Source: a virus (lineage: Duplodnaviria; Caudoviricetes). From it: 64,000 bases of DNA. The stretch is from positions 6,669-70,668 of the IMG/VR virus record IMGVR_UViG_3300014204_000016, one strand, 5' to 3'. Shown piece after piece: positions 43,768 to 52,929 of the stretch (its first letter is position 1; each line of letters starts with the position of its first letter). A program made the translations under genes and the position numbers. Under the pieces are notes generated by a model. The model saw nothing but the letters and a program-made list of their open reading frames with translations, did no database searches and had not been told where the DNA came from.

Positions 43768-45111
43768 ATGCGCGACAAATACGAATTCAAAGTAACAATG
43801 CCGATTTTCAAAGCGTATGCCGATGAGGACGGAACAAAATATATCATGGGCCTCGGCGGTGATACACAGGCTGACTATGACGGTAAAATAAATCCCAAAA
43901 CAGGCAAGCCATTCGGCTTCGAAAGACTTTCAGCGGAATGTATTAAGGACATGAAACGGCAGATTGAAAGCGGGGCTGTTATCCTTGTACCTCGACATTG
44001 GGATGTCGGGCCGAAAGAATCAAGTAACGTAAATCGCGGGATAGATGATGTCGAATGGGATTCTATTTTAGGCGTAGCGGTTGAAGCACTCATTACGCCG
44101 GACGGCCAACTATTTCCGAAATTCAGACTTGATCCGACAAACCCTAAAAGTGAACAGCTATATAAGCAAATAACGATAAGGAATAAACAGCTCGGCTTAT
44201 CGTGGGGTGGCGGAATTCCAGAGGGCGGTTTTCACTTAGAGTATGATAATTCCGGCATGATTGTAAGGGTAATAGATAAAATCAATTTGTGGCATTTTGC
44301 CGTTACTACACGGCCTGTCAATAGCAGAACTCTCAACAATCCGCTTGAAGTAGTCGCAAAGTCTCTCGATTGGGAAACAGCGGCCCGAATCGAAACTGCC
44401 ATGATTATTCAAGAGGATTTTCCCGACAGGGAAGAAGTCGAAGCAATTTACAAGTCGTGTAGGGGCGGTGACGAGTCGGAGAAAGGCAAACCTGCGGAAT
44501 GCGTGGACCCGGCTGCACAAAGCAAGGCATGTGATGAAAACAAGGCTTGCGACAAGGAAAAAACCACTTCACAGGAGGATTGTATGGAACTTACCAAAGA
44601 ACAGTTGGAGGCTATCAATGCCGCTGTTCAAGCCTCGACACAGGTTGCGGTTAAGTCAATCGTCGAGTCGATGAACACGGAAAAAGAAGCCTCTCTGAAA
44701 GCAAAACAGCAAGAAGAAGAAAGCGCCCGGAAAATTCAGGAAGGAATCGCCGCCGGCCTCAAAGCAGCGGGGATCGATCCTTCGGGCAAACCGGCTGAAA
44801 AACCGGCGGAAGTCAATCTCGAAACGCTCAAAACCGATCTGCTGAAAGAACTCGGAGACGTTTTGAAAAGCGAAATTAACAAAACCGTCGAGCCGTACAT
44901 GACCGGCCTCAAAAGCGGTCTGGACGCCGGCGCCGGGAAACCGGGCAGCGGCAACGAAGAAACACCGGTAATGAAAGCGTTTGCGGAAATCAAACGCGGC
45001 ATCAAAGCTCCTTCCGACTATCCGGCTGATGTCCGGGCAGCACTCATGAACATGACGGAAGAAGTAGGGCAGGCTCACTTGAAGGCTATGAAAGAAGGGG
45101 GTGCCGTATAA
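43768..45111 (+). CDS. prohead protease fused to scaffold
   Basis: LGLSWGG and HFAVTTRPVN catalytic-like motifs; coiled-coil scaffold C-terminus. Confidence 0.85.
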   Translation: MRDKYEFKVTMPIFKAYADEDGTKYIMGLGGDTQADYDGKINPKTGKPFGFERLSAECIKDMKRQIESGAVILVPRHWDVGPKESSNVNRGIDDVEWDSILGVAVEALITPDGQLFPKFRLDPTNPKSEQLYKQITIRNKQLGLSWGGGIPEGGFHLEYDNSGMIVRVIDKINLWHFAVTTRPVNSRTLNNPLEVVAKSLDWETAARIETAMIIQEDFPDREEVEAIYKSCRGGDESEKGKPAECVDPAAQSKACDENKACDKEKTTSQEDCMELTKEQLEAINAAVQASTQVAVKSIVESMNTEKEASLKAKQQEEESARKIQEGIAAGLKAAGIDPSGKPAEKPAEVNLETLKTDLLKELGDVLKSEINKTVEPYMTGLKSGLDAGAGKPGSGNEETPVMKAFAEIKRGIKAPSDYPADVRAALMNMTEEVGQAHLKAMKEGGAV

Positions 45112-46433
45112 TGAAAATGCTCAACTGGAATCCCAATCTGAAAATAGCCGGCATCGATGATGCCAGTTTTAAGGCCATTACGAATACAACGACAATGGCC
45201 GACACGATCCCGACAATATGGTCGCCGGAACTGGAAAAGAATTACCGCCAGTTGGTGTTCATGGAACAGTTCGGCGTCGTGGACACGCGGCTTGTGGGAA
45301 CAGCCGGAAACAAAATCAAGATCAACAAAATGTCGTACATCGGACCGGCGGAAGACTTGGAAAAAGTCGGGCCGGCGGGGAAAGCGGCATTCGGAGCTGA
45401 AACACGGTGGGATTTGACAAACAAAACCCGCTTTACCGCGTTCTCGGCAAATGAGCTTGTTGAACTGAATCCGACATGGAAATTCAAGGCTGTCATGTTC
45501 ACCATGAAAGAGCTTGAAGAATCCTTCGCCGGAAACATGCAGGATGCGGTAGAGGGTTTGGGCTACAGCTTCAAACTCAAAATGGACATGGATTGTCACG
45601 CCGCAATCAATTCCTCAACAAACATCGTCGGAAAAACAACGTGGGCCTCGCTTGTCGTGGGTGATCTGTTCGACACTCTCGGCGCGCAGACGGCAAAACT
45701 CCGGTTCGACCTCCAAGTCCGCCGGCAGCCGTGGGCCTACTACGAGGGCGGCACAGTCGCCTGTCTGATCCATCCCTATCAAGCGTTCCATCTTCAACAG
45801 GACGTTGACTGGTTCGATGTCGTAAAGCGCAATTCGGCAACGGCAATCTTCAAAGATGAACTGGTCGAATGGGCCGGAATCAGATTCGTGCGGGATGAGG
45901 GCGTTCCGTTCTTTGCCGGCGGCGCACTCGCGCACATTGCATTCGGCGCTCCGCAGGACATGATCCCGGTTGACGGGTCAACAACGCCTAACGACACATG
46001 GCTGTTCACCAACGACGGCACGACAAGACAGGCCTGCATAGCTCCGCGCTATCAGACCGTTGGAATGCCAGGACCGACAGAACAGCTTACTGTCAATCTC
46101 GATCCGACAACGGACGGGGACGCGCAGATTCAAATGATCGATCACCATAACGGAATGGTTAAATTCGACGTTCCGGTAGGTGCTTCGGTTGCGCCCACAG
46201 CATCGTTCAGCTACGGAACGGTGTACGGATACAGTTCGCCCATAATCGGGCCGCGCGCTTTCTGTATCGCAAAGAAGTTCGATCCTCGCATCAAACAGGA
46301 GCTTTACAACTTCGATATGTTCGTCGGTATCGGGGGCGTGAGCGCTTTCGATGTGAAGATGCTCAATCCGGAGCAAATCGTGAGATTCAACACGGCAGTA
46401 GTTCCGCCGTTTGATTTAGTTCCCACGCCGTAA
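45111..46433 (+). CDS. major capsid protein (N4-gp56/P22-coat-like, HK97 fold) with inserted domain
   Basis: TIPTIWSPEL...GNKIKINK; HPYQAFHLQQD; highly biased codon usage; strong terminator downstream. Confidence 0.9.
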   Translation: MKMLNWNPNLKIAGIDDASFKAITNTTTMADTIPTIWSPELEKNYRQLVFMEQFGVVDTRLVGTAGNKIKINKMSYIGPAEDLEKVGPAGKAAFGAETRWDLTNKTRFTAFSANELVELNPTWKFKAVMFTMKELEESFAGNMQDAVEGLGYSFKLKMDMDCHAAINSSTNIVGKTTWASLVVGDLFDTLGAQTAKLRFDLQVRRQPWAYYEGGTVACLIHPYQAFHLQQDVDWFDVVKRNSATAIFKDELVEWAGIRFVRDEGVPFFAGGALAHIAFGAPQDMIPVDGSTTPNDTWLFTNDGTTRQACIAPRYQTVGMPGPTEQLTVNLDPTTDGDAQIQMIDHHNGMVKFDVPVGASVAPTASFSYGTVYGYSSPIIGPRAFCIAKKFDPRIKQELYNFDMFVGIGGVSAFDVKMLNPEQIVRFNTAVVPPFDLVPTP

Positions 46434-46446
46434 CCACACAAAGAAA

Positions 46447-46480
46447 AAGGGAGAGGGCTTCGGCTCTCTCCCTTATTATT
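46447..46480 (+). terminator. intrinsic terminator after the capsid gene
   Basis: AAGGGAGAGGGC-TTCG-GCTCTCTCCCTT-ATTATT. Confidence 0.8.
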
Positions 46481-46497
46481 AAACAAGGAGAAATTCG

Positions 46498-46815
46498 ATG
46501 GCACAGGATAACAGAGTAGGAACAGAAGAAAGAGTATTCGGGGGCTGCGTAATCAATCCTCAAGGCGTTCTAAAATTCAACAAAAAGGCAGCGCCTAAAA
46601 AACACGGCATGATAAATAATCTGCGTGAACAGATTTTGAAAAAAGAATCTGACAAGAATGAACTCACTAAACTTTTCAAAACGACACAGGCAGCAGGCGT
46701 CATAATGAAAAAGACTCCCGGCGGCATACTGGCTCCGGCCGATGCAATTCCGGTAGATGTCAAACCGAATTCCGACGATCCTAATAACTGTCTGAATAAA
46801 GGCACAGCAGGGTAA
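46498..46815 (+). CDS. hypothetical head-module protein
   Basis: AAGGAG RBS. Confidence 0.7.
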   Translation: MAQDNRVGTEERVFGGCVINPQGVLKFNKKAAPKKHGMINNLREQILKKESDKNELTKLFKTTQAAGVIMKKTPGGILAPADAIPVDVKPNSDDPNNCLNKGTAG

Positions 46816-46819
46816 ATAA

Positions 46820-47449
46820 ATGAATATTACTTGGCAAGCAAACATCGGGACAGACATAACGCCTAACTGGATAACAATTCACGATACAGACAAAATCCAT
46901 TTCTCTGGCGCCGGGTCAACGACTACGCTCATGCGCCCGGTCATTCGGCCTGCATCCGGTTATGTGTTTCCCGAAGAATGTTGGATAGGGCCGGACGTAA
47001 TGGCCGGAGGACAGCGTGTTTTGAATTGGGTGAAGCCGTCTGCCGCAACACAAAAAGGTAAAGTGTTCAAAGTCACATTTTCAGAAGCGCTCCTTTCGGC
47101 GCCAATTCTCACGGCCTATGATGATGATACATTCGCAACATGGGCAACCGATGTCTTAGCCGGAACAGAGCAGACAAATTGGACCGGTTTATTCAAGGCT
47201 TTTTGTTCAGGGAAAGAATCAGGTAATACGCCGCCTGCTACGGGTTGGGCCACACAAGAGACAGGACATGCCGGAAGCGGCAACCCGAACAGCCTCCAAG
47301 GAAGTTCACAGCTTGTCACTATTCCCTTCATTCCGGGTGCAGGCGGCGATTTTACCTTTACATATACGCCCGTCATACCTTCTGACTGTGTAGAAGGAAA
47401 GGTAGGTATCTATGACCCACTTATCGCAATTATCTATGTGCATGTGTAA
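46820..47449 (+). CDS. putative virion structural protein
   Basis: Thr/Gly/Pro-rich; located in the morphogenesis operon. Confidence 0.7.
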   Translation: MNITWQANIGTDITPNWITIHDTDKIHFSGAGSTTTLMRPVIRPASGYVFPEECWIGPDVMAGGQRVLNWVKPSAATQKGKVFKVTFSEALLSAPILTAYDDDTFATWATDVLAGTEQTNWTGLFKAFCSGKESGNTPPATGWATQETGHAGSGNPNSLQGSSQLVTIPFIPGAGGDFTFTYTPVIPSDCVEGKVGIYDPLIAIIYVHV

Positions 47450-47831
47450 ATTCACGCTCGGAAACGGGCTTGTACTGGATGAAATAGATTACGCAGATAT
47501 AAACGGAGAAGGGGGATGGAGAAACTTTCCATCAAAAAGAGAGGTAATTTCAATACAGTTGGCGGAGCGCCATATCAACGCGGAGACGGTCAAGCTTCCA
47601 AAGCAATTTATTAGGGGTTTTGCGGTTCATTGGATAGATGCACAAATGCCGGGAATGGAGTGCCGACATATTGCAAGGGAAGTAATGATCGTTATGAAAA
47701 ATCACATTGTCTTTGTAGCGACATTTAATATCAAAGATGCTGAATGGTCGGACTACATGGATGATCTGAAAAGACCGGAAAAGCCGCATTTGTTTGGATA
47801 TATAAATCAACTGCATCAACATGGGATGTGA
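47412..47831 (+). CDS. hypothetical protein
   Basis: Operon packing; the true start is probably slightly downstream. Confidence 0.6.
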   Translation: MTHLSQLSMCMCKFTLGNGLVLDEIDYADINGEGGWRNFPSKREVISIQLAERHINAETVKLPKQFIRGFAVHWIDAQMPGMECRHIAREVMIVMKNHIVFVATFNIKDAEWSDYMDDLKRPEKPHLFGYINQLHQHGM

Positions 47832-47834
47832 ACT

Positions 47835-49028
47835 ATGAAAGAAGTCATACAGGGCAACACAATCACGATAGACACAAGGTTTTATAATGCCGATCCTTCG
47901 CTTGGCGGTGTCCCTACTGATCCGGACGCTTATTTGCATACATGGGACATCCTGAACGATGTGGGGCATAGAGTCTCGGGGATTACGCTGTATCATAATT
48001 CTATATGGCCGCCGAATCCCGAATACTATTTATCTATTATTGATTCAGGCACAGATTTTCGAGTAAACGTATATACGGATGTCGCCCGGACTGTTCTTGT
48101 CGCATCTACGGGCGCTCTCGCATACGGTGTATATGTCGGGCAGGCGCTTGTCGAGGTTGGCGGTTCGGATTATCAAGGGACCGTGGATATAACATTTCCC
48201 GGAATCGGAGTGGGCTTCGAAACATTTGAAATAGAAGACATCGGGCCTACAACGCCGACATATCAGATAAGGGATCAGGACAATACTTTGATAATGGTTG
48301 ACACGCTTTATCCGACAAGGGTAGCAGTCGGTCACTATCAAATGACATACACCGTTTCTTCCACGGCCACACCGGGCGAAAACTGGCGTGTTATAAGCAG
48401 GGGCAAAATAAACAATATCGACGTTTACTACACAGAATATTTCAGGGTAATAGACGCGACGGTAGCAACGGAAGAAGCGGCCAAAATAGTTACTCTTTCC
48501 GAAGTAAAAACGATGCTGCAAATAACGGATACAGCACAGGATACATACTACGATTCTCTGATACTTCCGGCGAGTCAAGCATGTGAAGAATATCTGGACG
48601 CTAAATATCATATTGCTGACAACGTGGAGATATTCAACGGTAACGGGCAAATGAAGATGTTTTTCGACGGGCCGGGGCCGCTTTACTCCATTACGTCCAT
48701 AGAAGTGCGGGACGGGAATGTCTGGACGGCGCTCTTAACGACTGACTACATGTTTGACGCCTATTTTATCACGCTCATAAATGACGCCGTTTTCGAACTC
48801 GGACAATCGAATTACAGGATAACGTATCAATATGGCGTGTCTCGCGCTCCGTCTCAAATCAGAAAAGGCGTGTGCGAATTGATCCGGTATTGGAATGCAA
48901 CAAAGAACCGCGGCGGCGTCTTAGAGGATAACATTGGCGCCGGCCTCCGGACACGATATGAGGAACTTAAAGCCGATCTGCCGCCGGTTGTACTACAGTT
49001 GTGGAGTCCGTACAGGAGACTTGTTTAA
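47835..49028 (+). CDS. head-tail connector (gp6/gp15-like) with long N-terminal beta-domain extension
   Basis: IVTLSEVKTML...ASQACEEYLD...YRITYQYG..RAPSQIRKGVCELI...LPPVVLQLWSPYRR. Confidence 0.85.
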   Translation: MKEVIQGNTITIDTRFYNADPSLGGVPTDPDAYLHTWDILNDVGHRVSGITLYHNSIWPPNPEYYLSIIDSGTDFRVNVYTDVARTVLVASTGALAYGVYVGQALVEVGGSDYQGTVDITFPGIGVGFETFEIEDIGPTTPTYQIRDQDNTLIMVDTLYPTRVAVGHYQMTYTVSSTATPGENWRVISRGKINNIDVYYTEYFRVIDATVATEEAAKIVTLSEVKTMLQITDTAQDTYYDSLILPASQACEEYLDAKYHIADNVEIFNGNGQMKMFFDGPGPLYSITSIEVRDGNVWTALLTTDYMFDAYFITLINDAVFELGQSNYRITYQYGVSRAPSQIRKGVCELIRYWNATKNRGGVLEDNIGAGLRTRYEELKADLPPVVLQLWSPYRRLV

Positions 49029-49747
49029 TGCCTACAAAGGGATTCGAAGGTAGAGGAACATGTTATACCGTACAGGCTACGGATCGTTCATGCCGCGGAA
49101 CCTGTTTTACCGTAATAGGCGAAAACAAAGTCGTGCAGAATTATCAACAGAAACGCGGTGACGAAAGTATAGAACGGCTCGGAGCAAACATACAGATAAT
49201 CCGCAATGGAATTCCGCTTGCATATTCAAAGGCAATTCTTGAACCAATGGGGCGTTATATCTCTTTCAATTCGGTAAAGAGTGTGCGCGAAATCTATGTG
49301 AAATCCGATGATGATATTCAGACCGGGGATTATCTTCTCGACATAAAACGGTCACAGCATTTTGTATTCTTAGGGAAAAGTAACTTCGTGGCCGAAAACG
49401 ATACCATAGCAATCAGCGGCTTGGCGGCTATGTGTAATCAGGATATTTCAATTTATCGGAATGTGGAAAAGCCGTCCGGCGCCGGCGGGGTTAGGGCGCA
49501 GTTTGAATTAATCCATAATAACATTCCGGCCTCATTGGAATTTCTGCGGGGTGGCTTAAATGAAGGTGAAATGGGGTTTTTCAAATCTTCCACTCATCGA
49601 ATGTATATACCGGCATACTTCGGAATCGCTGAAAATGACCGTATTAAAATTGGCGCGGATAATTTACGGGTTGATTCGGTGGACACATTCACTTACGAAG
49701 CGGTAGCTCATTGTGCCGTTACAAGAGACAGGCGGTTGACATCATGA
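49028..49747 (+). CDS. head-closure/stopper-like neck protein
   Basis: Synteny; SSTHRMYIP...IAENDRIKIG..NLRVDSV. Confidence 0.65.
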   Translation: MPTKGFEGRGTCYTVQATDRSCRGTCFTVIGENKVVQNYQQKRGDESIERLGANIQIIRNGIPLAYSKAILEPMGRYISFNSVKSVREIYVKSDDDIQTGDYLLDIKRSQHFVFLGKSNFVAENDTIAISGLAAMCNQDISIYRNVEKPSGAGGVRAQFELIHNNIPASLEFLRGGLNEGEMGFFKSSTHRMYIPAYFGIAENDRIKIGADNLRVDSVDTFTYEAVAHCAVTRDRRLTS

Positions 49748-50355
49748 GCCTTGTCGGGAAAGGGGTGTTTACCTTTGACATCACAGCTTTTAATCAGATT
49801 ATGTTTAATGACTTTTATGCCGTTGCCTCTATTGGCGCTAAAAGGATGGAACAGGAAGCAAAAATGATACTTGAAGAAAAAATAGGGACTACATTAGTTC
49901 CACAGGGGGACGATGGATCAGAGGGCGTTTCGAAATCAAGCGGGACACTTTCGGAAAGCATACAGGGCTTTGTGCGCGCCGGCGGGAATGGCTTCTTGGA
50001 AGTAGGGGTTTCGGCTTCCGCAATCGAAATGGGGCAATGGGAAGAAATGCAGGGAAATGAAGAAATGGCCGCGAGCACAAGAGGCACAGGCGAATTCGAT
50101 TATGCTCAAGTCTTGGAAGAAGGATCAGGCATATATTATGAGGGCGGTGGGCCGATAAGTAAAAAAATGCGATTCTGGACCGGCGCCGGGAACAGTGAGG
50201 GCGAAGATAGAATATTAAACGTCTCGCGCTCTCAAGGGCAACCGGGTAAAAGATATTTAGCGGGTGCGATAGAAAAAATCATGCCCGTTATTGATAAGTT
50301 GTTTTTGGATGTTGGAAATGATATTCGAATAGATACCTTCATAAAGATGGAGTAA
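49744..50355 (+). CDS. HK97 gp10-like neck/tail completion protein
   Basis: SGTLSESI, YAQVLEEGSG, GQPGKRYLAGA. Confidence 0.75.
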   Translation: MSLVGKGVFTFDITAFNQIMFNDFYAVASIGAKRMEQEAKMILEEKIGTTLVPQGDDGSEGVSKSSGTLSESIQGFVRAGGNGFLEVGVSASAIEMGQWEEMQGNEEMAASTRGTGEFDYAQVLEEGSGIYYEGGGPISKKMRFWTGAGNSEGEDRILNVSRSQGQPGKRYLAGAIEKIMPVIDKLFLDVGNDIRIDTFIKME

Positions 50356-50359
50356 TTCG

Positions 50360-50815
50360 GTGATTGAACTACAAAAAGCTATCTTTAATGCAATGAAAGC
50401 AGACTCGGAGTTGTTGAACCTGTTGGGCCTCGATCCCGCTGTGACCGAAGCCGACATCAGTAAGCGACTTCTCCCGGCGTCTCCGCAACGCTTGGCCGAA
50501 GACTGTTTCATTCATTTTTGGCAGCCTATCAGTTCGAAAAGCCGGAGAAACTTTCTTTTTGAAAACCGTAACATCCAATTCAGGATTTTCGACAAGGATG
50601 AAAGCCTGTCAAATCAACAAACAATTTCCGAAAGGCTACAATTCATCTTTGTCGGGAATGATACGGAGGGGGGCGCCGTTCAAGTTCCATCACTTCAAGG
50701 TTATGAGGACATTGAATATGTAGCAGAAGGCGCAATACCCGGCGTTACCGGAAGTGGACATTACGGATGGTATCTCGAATTAATTTTTCAGAATGTAGTT
50801 AAATACTCTCGTTAG
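50360..50815 (+). CDS. tail terminator (gp17-like)
   Basis: LQKAIFNAMKADSELLNLL; synteny. Confidence 0.7.
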   Translation: MIELQKAIFNAMKADSELLNLLGLDPAVTEADISKRLLPASPQRLAEDCFIHFWQPISSKSRRNFLFENRNIQFRIFDKDESLSNQQTISERLQFIFVGNDTEGGAVQVPSLQGYEDIEYVAEGAIPGVTGSGHYGWYLELIFQNVVKYSR

Positions 50816-50826
50816 GAGGATTCCAA

Positions 50827-51990
50827 ATGCAGAAATCATTTGTGTGGCATGGAGTTGGATCGGCTGTATGTTACGATCAGCTCACAGGCCGCGAAATCTT
50901 GAGAATTACAAAGCAGACTCAAGCGAACTTCACGTTCACGATGGAAGAACAGAAGGTAATGGGCGGATCGGAACTCGACTTGATCGACAGTTTCGAAACC
51001 GCGCGCACAATCTCGCTTGAATTCACAGACGCCGTTTTCGATCTTCGCCAGTTCGAAATTGCAACCGGCAAACAGACTGTATCGTCGCTGTCACAGGACA
51101 TCATGCAGTTCAGCGAAGGCTTCACGATCCCGGCAGCAGGCCCGTACACGCACACGCTCGACTTTGCGACGACATGCCGCGAAGAAACAGTAAGGGTGCG
51201 CTTCGAATCCGATTGGGAAGACATGGCGCCGACGCCTCTCATTCTCACGGTTTCGAACTGCGTCGAAACCGTGAACTTGGCCGGACTGTTCACAAAGGCC
51301 GATGCGGTTGTCGTAAACATCACATCGGTTCTCACAAGCGGAATCGAATCTGTAAAGTCTCCGGACTTCACGGTAACGATTGCTGCGGCAAAGGGTGACA
51401 TCATGGTCACGCTTCCGGATTACGCGCTCACAACGCCGTCCGGGATGCCGATTTTCGATGTCAACGAACTCGCCGGCTTCAACGTGTATTACAAAATCGG
51501 TGCAGGGGCGCAAATGCTGTGTAACGGCGCCACTCCGGTTGCGGCCGGAACAGCCTACACGCTCCTTGTGGGCGCTCCGCCTGCTGCGGGACTTCCCGCC
51601 ACAGCGCCGACAACAACGGGACAGTACACCGTTACCGCCGGCGTTATCACATTCGCGGCCGCCGACGCTGCAAAAGGCGTCATGGTCGATTATGTGTGGG
51701 TCACATCGGGCGCAACGGCTGAATGCGACGTTGTTGACCTCAAGACGAACTGCCTCCGCGGTTACGTCAAGATCATCTGGACCAACAAGTTCAAGAACAA
51801 AACCGGAGTCGTTCAGGGCTTCCAAATGGAGATTTACAACGCGAAATACACAGGCGACTATTCGATCAGCAATGCTCGGGCAGACGCTTCGACATTCCCG
51901 CTGAAATTCGACGTTTTGAACCCGGAACGTGCGGACAAGTCAATCGTGAAAACGAAATACTTCCCGCTGCCGGCGACTGCGAACTGCTAA
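50827..51990 (+). CDS. major tail tube protein with inserted Ig-like domain(s)
   Basis: Synteny, biased codons, downstream hairpin; no sheath gene in the module. Confidence 0.8.
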   Translation: MQKSFVWHGVGSAVCYDQLTGREILRITKQTQANFTFTMEEQKVMGGSELDLIDSFETARTISLEFTDAVFDLRQFEIATGKQTVSSLSQDIMQFSEGFTIPAAGPYTHTLDFATTCREETVRVRFESDWEDMAPTPLILTVSNCVETVNLAGLFTKADAVVVNITSVLTSGIESVKSPDFTVTIAAAKGDIMVTLPDYALTTPSGMPIFDVNELAGFNVYYKIGAGAQMLCNGATPVAAGTAYTLLVGAPPAAGLPATAPTTTGQYTVTAGVITFAAADAAKGVMVDYVWVTSGATAECDVVDLKTNCLRGYVKIIWTNKFKNKTGVVQGFQMEIYNAKYTGDYSISNARADASTFPLKFDVLNPERADKSIVKTKYFPLPATANC

Positions 51991-52010
51991 TAAGCAGAAA
52001 CGAAAGATAC

Positions 52011-52040
52011 GGGGGCCGGGGAAACTCGGTCCCCTACTTT
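52011..52040 (+). terminator. hairpin/weak terminator after the tube gene
   Basis: GGGGCCGGG-GAAA-CTCGGTCCCC-TACTTT. Confidence 0.55.
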
Positions 52041-52056
52041 CAATAATAAAAGGAGA

Positions 52057-52620
52057 ATGAAGATCATGACAAAGGAACAAAGTAACATAGCGAACACAAG
52101 TACGGATCATCCGGTGGACCTCGGGCAATACGGGCCGGGGATCGGCAAACTCTCACAGGAACAAATGTTAGGCATCGGCGGCGGCACAGAATTCCTCGAA
52201 ATAAAGGATTCTGACGGCGCCTGTGTCGTTCATGTGGCAATGCCGGTATTACTGCGGGACAGGGCGGAAGTAACGCACTTGCTCAAACAACATGCGGGTA
52301 TTCTTCTCGAAATGAAAGAAACCTTTGAAAACGAAAAGGGCGATAAACAGGACGCGGTAAATAAGAAACTTGAGGAACTTGAGGAAAAGGACATTAAGAC
52401 GCTCCTGAAAATCGCCTATCACACATTCAAGCGCTGTGATCCTTCGCTCAAAGGAATGACGGAAAAAGAGGGAATCTGCATCCTCGAAAACTGGATGTCC
52501 ATACCACAGCTTCACGACATACCGGATGTTGCGAAAGGCATGAATAAACTATCCCCTTTAAGGATGGGGGCGGCGATGCAGGCGATAACGGATCAAATGT
52601 CGCTCCTGAATGGGAAATAG
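52057..52620 (+). CDS. tail assembly chaperone (gpG analogue)
   Basis: Lies between the tube and tape measure genes. Confidence 0.8.
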   Translation: MKIMTKEQSNIANTSTDHPVDLGQYGPGIGKLSQEQMLGIGGGTEFLEIKDSDGACVVHVAMPVLLRDRAEVTHLLKQHAGILLEMKETFENEKGDKQDAVNKKLEELEEKDIKTLLKIAYHTFKRCDPSLKGMTEKEGICILENWMSIPQLHDIPDVAKGMNKLSPLRMGAAMQAITDQMSLLNGK

Positions 52621-52928
52621 TTATCGGAGATTTTCTTGAATATCTAAACAAGGATCATAACTGGATTCTTGATAATCTCGATATTTGGCAGTTGAAATCT
52701 TATCACACGCGCATTCAGGCAATGAAGGAAAAGGAAAGCAAATTGAATGCTGTCCTTTTCTACGGAGCAAAAGCGGGAATGAACGGCGTGAATTTCTCAC
52801 ATGAGAATTCATACGATTATTTCAAGAGCATAGTTTTGGAGCATCAGGCAACCGGGGAAAAAGAAGAAGCTCGGGAAATGACAACGGATGATATGCACAA
52901 GTTAATGAGTCTGTTCGGCGGAGGATGA
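52554..52928 (+). CDS. -1 frameshift extension of the chaperone (gpGT analogue); slippery site C CCT TTA at 52554-52560
   Basis: The -1 frame is open from 52548 to 52928 and the heptamer is in the correct X XXY YYZ phase. Confidence 0.75.
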   Translation, partial: PFKDGGGDAGDNGSNVAPEWEIVIGDFLEYLNKDHNWILDNLDIWQLKSYHTRIQAMKEKESKLNAVLFYGAKAGMNGVNFSHENSYDYFKSIVLEHQATGEKEEAREMTTDDMHKLMSLFGGG

Positions 52929-52929
52929 T

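Noticed and set aside
40417-46433. Intein or intron in terminase, portal or capsid genes
   Set aside because: Lengths are normal, reading frames are uninterrupted and no C/S...HN-C/S/T splice motifs or LAGLIDADG/HNH inserts were seen.
52612-52618. GGGAAAT as the chaperone slippery site (lambda-like GGGAAAG)
   Set aside because: It is in the wrong phase: zero-frame codons are GGG AAA, not GGA AAT. CCCTTTA at 52554 is in the correct phase.
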